IMG/VR virus record: IMGVR_UViG_3300044835_000040
Coordinates: 65,071 to 129,070 of that record
Source of the DNA: a virus
Length of the DNA: 64,000 nt
Strand: one strand, 5' to 3'
The notes below the pieces were generated by a model. The model worked only from the letters and a program-made list of their open reading frames with translations, was not told where the DNA came from and searched no databases. Positions within the stretch are counted from its first letter, which is position 1. Every line of letters starts with the position of its first letter. Positions 40,300 to 48,755 of this stretch are shown piece after piece. Both the position numbers and the translations under genes were made by a program.

Positions 40300-40619
40300 G
40301 CAAGATGGGCCTGAACCTGCAGCGCTTCGCTCAGGCGATCGGTGCGCACGACGTGACCAATCGGGGTCGCTGCGTCGCGAACGGGATCGGCATGGCGGCG
40401 TTCGACATGGACCGGCTCGGGATCGAGGAGGGCGAGGAGGTGCTGCCGGGCTACCCGGTCACCGCCGACGGCAAGGGCACGGGGAACTTCCGCGTGATCT
40501 GCGACGCGGACCACGATGCTGAGACCGAGACCGAGAGCGAGGAGCTGGTGGTCGTCGGCCGAGCGATGGAGACCGTGGAGCCGGGCGAGGACGTGCGGAT
40601 CGAGCTGGGGGACACGTGA
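40296..40619 (+). CDS. hypothetical protein
   Basis: Coupled ORF. Confidence 0.5.
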   Translation: MSKMGLNLQRFAQAIGAHDVTNRGRCVANGIGMAAFDMDRLGIEEGEEVLPGYPVTADGKGTGNFRVICDADHDAETETESEELVVVGRAMETVEPGEDVRIELGDT

Positions 40620-41200
40620 GCTTCAGCGCGATCGTGGTCGATCCGCCTTGGCTATACCCGCCGACGAAAGGCCGAGGGTCGAAGTACGCGTGGCGTGAGG
40701 GGAGCGCTTCGGGCGAGCGCCGCGAGTTCGACTACCCGATGATGAGCCTGGAGGAGATCTCCGCGATCGGCGTGGAGGATGTCGCAGCCGACGACGCGCA
40801 CCTGTTCGTCTGGACGACACAGCGTCACCTGGAGGCCACGTTCGGGATCTGCAGGGCGTGGGGCTTCGAGCCGTCGAGCACGCTCGCGTGGTGCAAGGCA
40901 CCGCATGGCTGGGGGCCGGGCGGCGTGTTCCAGTCGACGCTGGAGTTCGTCCAGTACGCACGCCGTGGGCAGCCTGCGCCGAAGACGCACGCGGTCGACC
41001 GGCAGTGGTGGAGCTGGCCGCGGACGCAGCACAGCGCGAAGCCGGAGGCGTTCCTGGACATGGTGGAGGCGGCGTTCCCCGGCCCGTACCTGGAGATCTT
41101 CGCGCGCCGCGCACGGATGGGCTGGGAGTACGCGGGCGACGGCTCGCTCGGCACGGTCGAGGTGGCTGGCCTGCGGCCGCCGGGGCAGGTGGCGGCGTGA
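40616..41200 (+). CDS. MT-A70 family adenine methyltransferase
   Basis: DPPW, AHLFVWTT, AWGF, HSAKPEAF, YLEIFAR. Confidence 0.92.
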   Translation: MSFSAIVVDPPWLYPPTKGRGSKYAWREGSASGERREFDYPMMSLEEISAIGVEDVAADDAHLFVWTTQRHLEATFGICRAWGFEPSSTLAWCKAPHGWGPGGVFQSTLEFVQYARRGQPAPKTHAVDRQWWSWPRTQHSAKPEAFLDMVEAAFPGPYLEIFARRARMGWEYAGDGSLGTVEVAGLRPPGQVAA

Positions 41201-43031
41201 GCGAGTTCCAGCGGCTGCAGCGCGAGAAGGAACGGGAGCATGTCCGCCGGTTCCACGTGCTCGCGAAACTCATCTTCTGGGTGTGGGTGATGGTGTTCAT
41301 CGCGCTGCTGCTGCACGAGGTGCTGCCGACGTTGGCGTGGCAGATCCTAAGCGTCGTGGTGTGGCTGTTCGTGATGCGCGTCCTGTGGGTCGATGCGCAT
41401 CTGGTCGAGCCGCCGCCGGAGGAGTATCCGACGACGCCGGAGCCGGTGAAGCACGTGCCGCCGCTACCGCCGGAGCCGGGGCCGCCAGAGGCGCCGCGGC
41501 CGCCGTTGCATAGACCCGTGGACTGACAACTGAGGAGGTAGCTGATGACCGCTGAACAGAAGCCGAGCATCGGACGGATTGTGATCTTCGACAACCCGGA
41601 GCACTACCAGAACCCGGTGCCCGCGATCGTCACGCAGGTGCGCGACGGGGACGCCGTGGTGGTGACGGCGTTCCCGCCCGGCATCGCACCGCAGGCGCAC
41701 GGTGTGATCGTGCCGAAACACGACGGCTCGGGCGACCAGGGCTTCAGCTGGCAGTGGCCGGAGCGCATCTGATGGGCGTCGGGGCGGTGATAGACACGTC
41801 GCTTCTGATCATGGGAGCGCTGGTCAGTGTCGGGGTCGCGCTGATGGCGCTGGCGGATCTCGGGAAGGACGAGGCCAAGGACGGCGCGGCTGGGGCGGCT
41901 CTCGCTCTGCTGCTGTTCGGGTTCGTCGGGATCGCGTGCGCGGTCGGTGCGTTGGCGGTCGCCGGGAACGCGATCTTCGGATGATCGTGGTCAAAGCGGA
42001 TCTGCTGTCAGCGATCAGCAGCGGCCGTGACCGCACGCTGTGCGAGGTCGAGATCGCGAACACGGGGGAGCAGGGCATCGGCTCGCGAGGCACGTACGAG
42101 GTGCGTCTGTACAGCGCGTCACGGACCGGCAAGCGGGGTCGTCTGATCCGGACGGCGCGCGTGGAGGACTGGCCGCGCGAGGCGAAGCCTGCGTGGCGGC
42201 TGATCCAGGCAGCGATGGAGGCGCTGGGATGACGGAGGGGAAGCCGGAGCGTCGCGGCAAGCCGATCGAGCCTGACGAGTTGGGCTGGTGGACTGGGCTG
42301 GTGGCCGTCTCGGGTACGAACCCGGTCACGCGCTCGGCGGTGCCGGATCCTCCTGACGGGAAGGCGCCGGAGCGCTCGTGCATGATGCTGTTGCCGGAGG
42401 AGGTATTGGGCTGATGGACGTGCAGGTCCGCATCTACATCGAACCGGCGGTGCGCGGCGTCGCGGGCGTCGGCGTGGAAAGGACCGGCAGCTTCGAGTGG
42501 AGTGTCGAGGGTCGGCGCGCGATGCCGAAGCCGCAGTACTGCGCGAGCTAGACGATCTCGTGCGGCGGGGCGGCTGATGGGCGCCCGGCAGCAGCGGCAC
42601 TACAAGCCGAAAGGTCGCACGCCGGACCGTCGTCGTGACGAGCCGCTGGACCCGAAGCGCAAACCGACGGCGCGCGACATCGCGGGCGACCGCAAGCCGG
42701 AGGCGCGGGTCCATCACGCGGTCAGCACGTGGCGGATCGAGCCGCACGGCGAGGTCTACGGGTTCGACGAACTGGGACGCGGATGAGCGGCTTCGAGCGC
42801 CGTGTCGAGACGTGGGAGTGCGCGTTCCCGGCGGCGCGCGTCGGTCCCGGCGGCCGCTATGAGATCCCGGAGAAGACGGTCGCCTATCACGGCGAGAAGC
42901 GGATGGCGCTGGAATTCGCGGTGCTGCACATCGCGGCGATGGTGGGCCTGCCGCCGTGGAAGCCGTTGCGTCGCGAGGTCGCGAAGCTGGCGACGGTGAG
43001 CAAACGCGTGGAGCTGGTCAAGCTCGGCTGA
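41197..43031 (+). other. cluster of small coupled hypothetical ORFs, several with TM segments
   Basis: Chain of overlapping short ORFs (41197, 41545, 41772, 41981 and following). Confidence 0.5.
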
Positions 43032-43063
43032 GGTCCGGCCGCGCCGCGGCTTACGATGCGCGG

Positions 43064-43479
43064 GTGCAAGGTGCGGAGCGGGACAGCGAGGAGGGCGCGG
43101 AGGTCATCGTCCTGCGGCCGGGGCTGGATCCCGATGCTGACGCGCTGATTGAAGCGCGACCGGAAACCGAGGCGCTGCCACCACACGAAGTTCAGCATGG
43201 ACGCCACGCTGCACAAGGTGTTCTGCCGGGAGTGCGACGAGGAGATCGATCCGTGGGAGGCGCTGGACCGCATCGCGTCGCAGCCGGAACGGTGGGTCAC
43301 GCAGGGGCGAGCTGCGCGTGGTGAGGCCCGGCGCGAGCAAAGCGCTGGAGGAGCTGCTGCGCGAGGAGCGCAACGCGAAGGCCCGCAAGCGTCGCCGTGA
43401 GGGGCCGCGCAAGGAGCTGACGGCGGACGAGCGCCGCGCGATCATGTTCCCGCTCTCGACACGCTCGGGGCCGTCGTGA
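43064..43479 (+). pseudogene. zinc-binding protein gene broken by two +1 frameshifts
   Basis: Coding-like text passes through three frames: AEVIVLRPGLDPDADAL / KRDRKPRRCHH...CREC / ALEELLREERNAKARK. Confidence 0.5.
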
Positions 43480-44309
43480 GGGACTGGCGGGCACCGATGG
43501 AGGGCCGTGCGTGCTCGCACTGCGGCTGCGTGAAGTTCCCGCTGCTGTGCGTCTACTACTGGCGCCCGCCGCGCACGCAGTACGGGCACACGTACCCGGA
43601 GTTCTACTCGGCACGAGCACGCTGCATCGACCGCCGGACGTGCGAGGCCCGCGTGACGAAGCGCACCGAGCGCGCGAAGGTGCGCGGCTCGAAGATCGTG
43701 CTCGCCGAGCCGCCGGGAGATCCTGAGCAGCGCGCCCGCAGCGGGTTCTGCAGCTGGTGCGGCAAGCCGATGTGGCGCAAGAACAAAGACGGCCAGACGG
43801 TGATGGATCTGACCCGCAGCTACCACAACGAGGTCAAAGGCGACGGTGAGTGCAGGGAACTGTTCTACGCCAGCTACACCTACAGGGCCGATGGGGCGGT
43901 CGCTGGCCGCGCGCGCCTGGAAGGCAAGATCGAGCTGGAGTGCGTGGACTGCGGGAAGGTCTGCGAAACGATCCAGCCCAATCACCCGGACGCGCGGTGC
44001 CGATGCGGGCACAAGCGCAGCGAGCACGTGCAGGGAGGCGCGGGCTACAAACAGGTGTGCAACGTCGAGGGCTGCACGGGCTGCCGGTCGGGCGAGGGCG
44101 AGTCGATCTACCAGAGCGGGTTCCGGGCGATGGGCGCGCCGTGGGAAGCGGACCATGAGATCGAGCTGGAGGACGGCGGCGAGCACTCGGTCGAGAACCT
44201 GCGGTGCCGGTGCGTGCCGTGCCACAAGCGGAAGACGGCGGCGAGCATCGCTGCACGGCGCCCGCCGAAGCCGAAGCCGGTCGAGCTGACGGAGGCGATG
44301 TTCGAGTGA
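43476..44309 (+). CDS. Cys-rich HNH endonuclease
   Basis: WEADHEIELEDGGEHSVENLRCRCVPCHKRKT. Confidence 0.8.
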   Translation: MRDWRAPMEGRACSHCGCVKFPLLCVYYWRPPRTQYGHTYPEFYSARARCIDRRTCEARVTKRTERAKVRGSKIVLAEPPGDPEQRARSGFCSWCGKPMWRKNKDGQTVMDLTRSYHNEVKGDGECRELFYASYTYRADGAVAGRARLEGKIELECVDCGKVCETIQPNHPDARCRCGHKRSEHVQGGAGYKQVCNVEGCTGCRSGEGESIYQSGFRAMGAPWEADHEIELEDGGEHSVENLRCRCVPCHKRKTAASIAARRPPKPKPVELTEAMFE

Positions 44310-44564
44310 GGGGCGTACCGGGCACGAGCTGCAAGATGACGGTCGGCCGGTGGGACGGCGAGCTACCGGTGCCGGGCGACTTCCTGCGCACCCGTGCGGG
44401 CAGCTGCTACCGGATCGACGAGGTGAGGCCGGGCCGCGTCAAACGCGTCGGGAGCTTGCGGTGCACGCGGCTGGAGCACGACGCGGTAGCTGAGGGCGAC
44501 GACGGCGTGTGGATGTGGTACTGGAACCCGCGCGTGCGGACGCTTCCACGGTAGGATCCTGCGC

Positions 44565-44676
44565 GGCTGGGATGGGGAAGGGCTGGCTGGGCGGTGACGG
44601 CAAAGGAAAGCACCGGATAGGAGTGGTAGGCTGCGCCGCACTGGCTAGGAAGGGTCTGGTTCTTGTCGACCTAGCC
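44565..44676 (+). repeat. pentamer-periodic array 1 (GGN-NN) with 3' hairpin
   Basis: 15 in-register pentamers 44565-44639 (10 begin GG, 14 begin G) after a TAGGAT -10 at 44552; GGCTAGG/CCTAGCC hairpin 44643-44676. Confidence 0.75.
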
Positions 44677-44707
44677 GCTGTACAGACAACGCTCAGGAGA
44701 GCTTCAT

Positions 44708-45304
44708 ATGGACTACGAGGTGCATTGGACGGGCATCCAGCCGCTCGTCATTCACAACATCAGGCTGGCGAACCCGCTCGACCCGTACGTGAAGGCGCTG
44801 AAAGCGATCACGGGCAAGCGTAAGAAGACCGAGGACGACCACGCCGAGCTGATGCGGCTGGAGTGGGAGGGCGGCCTGTATCACGACGACGACCTGGGGC
44901 CGTATGTCCCGGCGTCCTACCCGGTCGCGACGCTGCGCGCGTCGGCTGCGCTGACGAAGCACAAGGCGTCACTGCAGCGCGGCATGATGGTCACGGCCGT
45001 CGATGGCGGCGATCGTGTGCCGATCGAATACGAGGGGCCGCGCGACATCAAGAGGATGTGGGCCGACCAGGAGACCTTCCTCGACTTCCGCGCTGTCCGT
45101 GTCGGGCAGGCGCGCACATTCCGCGCACGGCCGAGGTTCCCCGACTGGGCCGTCACGTTCCGTGTGGTGCTCGACCCGGAGGTGATCGACGCTGACGTGT
45201 TCGAGTCGATCAACGAGCGTGCTGGTCGGCTGATCGGGTGCGCAGAGTCCGCCGAAGGTCAGCGTGCGCGCTTCGCCGCGACGATGAGCGAGCTGGTCGC
45301 GTGA
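44708..45304 (+). CDS. stand-alone Cas7/RAMP-like protein
   Basis: beta1-G..PL.IHN N-terminus, PYVPA...ATLR.SA helix, RARPRFPDWAVTFRV thumb, AGRLIG...RF C-terminal loop; RBS AGGAG. Confidence 0.7.
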   Translation: MDYEVHWTGIQPLVIHNIRLANPLDPYVKALKAITGKRKKTEDDHAELMRLEWEGGLYHDDDLGPYVPASYPVATLRASAALTKHKASLQRGMMVTAVDGGDRVPIEYEGPRDIKRMWADQETFLDFRAVRVGQARTFRARPRFPDWAVTFRVVLDPEVIDADVFESINERAGRLIGCAESAEGQRARFAATMSELVA

Positions 45305-45510
45305 GCGTCGCGGGGGAGCGTGTCAAGAAGCTGCTCGCGCGCAACGAGGTCGAGCGCGTGCGTGCGGGCACAGCGCATCTGCTCGGGCTGCGCTCACGCG
45401 TGGAGCAGCGTGAGGACGCCGCGGAGGCACTGCGCGAGGGACAGGATCTGAGGCACCCGGAGCTGCCGGGCGCCATCAAACGTCGGGCGCGCGAGCTGCG
45501 CTCACGGTGA
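45301..45510 (+). CDS. 69-aa basic helical partner protein of the RAMP-like gene
   Basis: GTGA-coupled to the RAMP-like gene; ends 7 nt before array 2. Confidence 0.6.
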   Translation: MSVAGERVKKLLARNEVERVRAGTAHLLGLRSRVEQREDAAEALREGQDLRHPELPGAIKRRARELRSR

Positions 45511-45517
45511 ACCGCCG

Positions 45518-45737
45518 GGACCGGAATGGGCAGGAAGGCAAGGGAAGGGCGCGGATCGGCTCGGACCGCCGGGGATCGGCCTGGACAGGGACGGACTGGT
45601 AGGCGCAGGATCGGATTGGTTGGGATCGGCATGGACGGCGAGGGACAGGCGCGGCAGGCGAGGGACCGGAATGCAAGGGACGCGTCGGGCTCGCGAAGGC
45701 TGGGAGCGGAAAGGAAAGCACCGGCCGGGTAGGCGGA
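45518..45737 (+). repeat. pentamer-periodic array 2 (GG[A/C]-NN), candidate guide-RNA array
   Basis: 44 consecutive pentamers in unbroken register; 43 begin G and 34 begin GG (third base A20, C9, T3, G2); last two bases variable. Confidence 0.9.
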
Positions 45738-45997
45738 TACGCTGCGTCAGCGTGAGGACCGACACGGCGATCACGCTGACGCAAATCCCGCCGGGGAAGT
45801 GCTGCCGGTTGTGCGGCCGCATGTTCGTGCTCGCTCGCCGCAGGCGCTTCACTGGGAGCCGCGGCAGGCACTCGAAGCAGCTCGTGTTCACGGAGCCGTC
45901 GAAGGTGGTTGTGACGGTGCTGATCAAAGACTGGGATCCCGCCGTCGAGCAGGCCGCGTAGACTGTCTGTACAGCAACCGATTTACGGAGGTGCGAG

Positions 45998-46222
45998 ATG
46001 GTGAGCGCGCAGCTGCGCTGGTACTCGGTCAGTGGTGCGTACGCGGGCGCGCTGGTCGCCGCCGAGAACGCGGAGGACGCGATGCGTCTCGCACGCGAGC
46101 AGGCATCCGGCATCTCCGACTGGTACGACGCCGCGCCGATCGAGGACTCCGGCGCGAGGCTCCGCCGCGAGCCGCCGGGACCGCCGACGGCCGCTGGCGT
46201 CTACTACGCGTGGGCCGAGTGA
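45998..46222 (+). CDS. hypothetical protein with conserved leader
   Basis: GCAACCGATTTACGGAGGTGCGAG-ATG. Confidence 0.6.
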   Translation: MVSAQLRWYSVSGAYAGALVAAENAEDAMRLAREQASGISDWYDAAPIEDSGARLRREPPGPPTAAGVYYAWAE

Positions 46223-46454
46223 GCGCCGCCGAGTACACGGACGCGGAGACGATCGACTACCGCGTGGTCGAGTGCGTCGGCGCGATCCCCGGCTCGATCG
46301 GCTACGAGGATCATCCCGATCTGCGGCTGTCGACGAGGATCGAGGAGGCGCTGAACGCGGTGGCAGTGGATGGCTTCGTGCTGGAGCGGATCGAGCAGTG
46401 GAAGCCGGTCGAGGGACACGAGCGCGCGATGGTGATCATGCGGCGCCCGAGACC

Positions 46455-46634
46455 GTGACGTGGGAGGTCTACCGCAAGCAGCGGGTAGACAAGAACCCGC
46501 AGGCACACAAGACGCACTGCAAGCGCGGACATCCGTTGAGCGGCCCGAACATGCGGATCATGGCCGACGGTAAACGAGTGTGCTTGACGTGCCGCCGATG
46601 GCGTGAACGCAGACTCCGCGCCAAACGAGCTTGA
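46455..46634 (+). CDS. isolated HNH-associated zinc-finger tail
   Basis: KTHCKRGHPLSGPN...RVCLTC with no nuclease core. Confidence 0.6.
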   Translation: MTWEVYRKQRVDKNPQAHKTHCKRGHPLSGPNMRIMADGKRVCLTCRRWRERRLRAKRA

Positions 46635-46655
46635 CGCTCTGGCTACGATCGACGC

Positions 46656-47363
46656 ATGGCAGCGAAGCGCAGCGGACGGACCGCCAAACGAGCCGGGACC
46701 GCGAAGCCAGCGAAACCTGTCGGTAAGGCGCAGCCCCGCCGGTCAACGAAGGCGGACGAGACGGTCGCGAACGGCGATATCCCGCAGTCGGTGAAGACCC
46801 TCGCGAAAGCCGACCGGTACAGGCTGATCTACGCCAAGCAACGCGCCGGGCACGACCTGCAGAAGGTCGCTGAAGAATTCTCGACCGACAAGGAACCGAT
46901 CAGCGCTCGCCGCGCCCGTGAGATCTGCGACGAGCTACGCGCCGGGAAGAACGTGTACCCGGTCACGACTTCCCCGCAGGAGGCGCTTCGGATCTTCGAC
47001 GAGCTGATCGACCAGTACGACCACGCGATCGGGATCGACGTGGAAATCCTCGAAGGCGCGTTGAAGGCGAAGCACTGGTCCGCGGCGACGGGCGCTTCAA
47101 AGCGGCTCGGCGAAGCGCGCAAGGAGCGCCTGGAACTGTTGATGGCTCGCGGGGTGCTCCCGGCGAACCTCGCGATGCTGGAGTGGCACGCGGACGCGGA
47201 ACTGGTGTGGACGGCGATCGAGGAGGTCTTCGAGGAGAACGGGATCCCGATGGAGATCCGGGAGGAGATCACGCGCAGGGCGGGGTTGCGTGCTGGGCTC
47301 GCCGCGGATGAGGTGCCGCAGCCGGACGGGCCGGGGGAGCTGGTGTCGGGCGAAGTGGTGTAG
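46656..47363 (+). CDS. HTH protein, possibly terminase small subunit-like
   Basis: Basic N-terminus, HTH, helical C-terminus; no large terminase nearby. Confidence 0.4.
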   Translation: MAAKRSGRTAKRAGTAKPAKPVGKAQPRRSTKADETVANGDIPQSVKTLAKADRYRLIYAKQRAGHDLQKVAEEFSTDKEPISARRAREICDELRAGKNVYPVTTSPQEALRIFDELIDQYDHAIGIDVEILEGALKAKHWSAATGASKRLGEARKERLELLMARGVLPANLAMLEWHADAELVWTAIEEVFEENGIPMEIREEITRRAGLRAGLAADEVPQPDGPGELVSGEVV

Positions 47364-47471
47364 CGTCCGATGGTCGCTGTAGACCTGTCGCATGAGCGGG
47401 ATCGTGGTCGGGTTGTGCGGGCTGGCGGCGTGGACGGGGTTCTGGCTGGCGTACGGGCATCTGCGGCGCCG

Positions 47472-47529
47472 TTGACGCTGCGACCGATGGTCGCTATAGT
47501 CTGCGGCTGCAACCGAGAGTGGAGGTGCG
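47472..47529 (+). promoter_or_regulatory. promoter with operator and conserved leader
   Basis: TTGACG-17-TATAGT; palindrome GCGACCGATGGTCGC at 47480-47494; followed by GCAACCGAGAGTGGAGGTGCG. Confidence 0.88.
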
Positions 47530-47586
47530 AGAGATGTTCGTGATCGACGTGTGTCAGCCGGGCTTCATGGATGCCGGGTCGATCGG

Positions 47587-47838
47587 ATGAGGTACGAGAT
47601 CACAGCTCGCGGCCTGTACGCGGAGTTCGTGGCGGTCGTCAAGGTGGAGAGCGCCGTCGATCCGGAGACTCTCGCGGTGCGGGTGATGGAGGCCGTCGCG
47701 CAGCACATCGCGATCGACGTTATCGGTGACGAGACGCTGACGGCGCACCTCGAACCGTTGCCGTCGACGCGGCAGCATCCGCTCGCGGGTGTACGGGTAG
47801 GCCCGTACACTGTGCGGATGGAGGGCTTCTTCGCGTGA
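47587..47838 (+). CDS. hypothetical protein
   Basis: ATGA-coupled to an 18-aa leader ORF. Confidence 0.55.
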   Translation: MRYEITARGLYAEFVAVVKVESAVDPETLAVRVMEAVAQHIAIDVIGDETLTAHLEPLPSTRQHPLAGVRVGPYTVRMEGFFA

Positions 47839-48197
47839 GCGCGGGGTTCCCGACGGTCGAGCAGGTGCAGGCCGCGACCGATGTCGAACGGGTGCTGCGC
47901 TGGAACCGGTTCCTGCCGCGCCCGCGCGAGGACAGCGATGTCGCGGTGCTCTCGGCTGTGGTGGATCGGCTCGCCGAGCTGCGCGAGCAGGACCCGGCCG
48001 CGTACACGGAAGCGTCGAAGTCGATCGGCTGGGGCTGATGCCGCAGTGGAAGGTGATCCGCGTCCGTGCGCGCTGCCGCGATTGTCACGAGGAGCGTGCG
48101 AGCAAGAACGTCGCGGCGGTCGAGGAGTGGGCGTCGACGCACGCTGCGGACCTGCAGCACAAGGTCGGCGTGGTGGTGTCTCGCAAGAAGGTCTTCG

Positions 48198-48755
48198 ATG
48201 AGCGTCGCTGAGCAGCTGGCGGATCTCCGCAGCGGCGTGTACCTCGGGCGCATCGGGCACTACCGGACGGACGAGGACCTGCCGCTGCTGTTCTTCGGCG
48301 GGCGCTTCAGTAGCTTCGCGGTGATGCCGATCAAGTGCGAGCCGCTGTTCCTGCCGTCGGCGCCGTTGGGCTACCCGACTCGTGAGCACTGGTTCGCGGC
48401 GCACAAGACGAGGAGCTTGACCGAGCACAAAGCGATCTCGTTCGCGCCGTCGCCGCAGGCAGCAAAGGAGCATGGTCGGCGGGTGCAGCTGCAGCCGGGG
48501 TGGGATGACGGGATCAGCTTCGCGGTGATGGTGGAGGGCATCCGTCGGCAGGCCGCCACGTACGAGGCGTTCGCTGAGCAGCTGGTCGCGACGGGGCAGC
48601 GGCTGATCGCGGAGGATTCCCCGTCGGACTTTGTGTGGGGGATCAGGGACAAGGGCGGCGGGTACACGGGCCGGAATCTGCTCGGGCGCGCGTTGATGCG
48701 CGTTCGGGGTGAGCTGCAGCGCGGACATGGACTGGAGGCGGCAGATGGGGAGTGA
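48198..48755 (+). CDS. NADAR/YbiA family protein
   Basis: YPTREHWFAAHK, SPQAAKEHGR, LVATGQRLIAEDSPSDFVWG, GRNLLGRALMRVR. Confidence 0.92.
   Translation: MSVAEQLADLRSGVYLGRIGHYRTDEDLPLLFFGGRFSSFAVMPIKCEPLFLPSAPLGYPTREHWFAAHKTRSLTEHKAISFAPSPQAAKEHGRRVQLQPGWDDGISFAVMVEGIRRQAATYEAFAEQLVATGQRLIAEDSPSDFVWGIRDKGGGYTGRNLLGRALMRVRGELQRGHGLEAADGE

Noticed and set aside
45518-45737. CRISPR array, or the coding ORFs 45526-45732 and 45620-45961 N-terminal part
   Set aside because: No 25-45 bp direct repeats with spacers; period-5 structure gives low-complexity G/R translations
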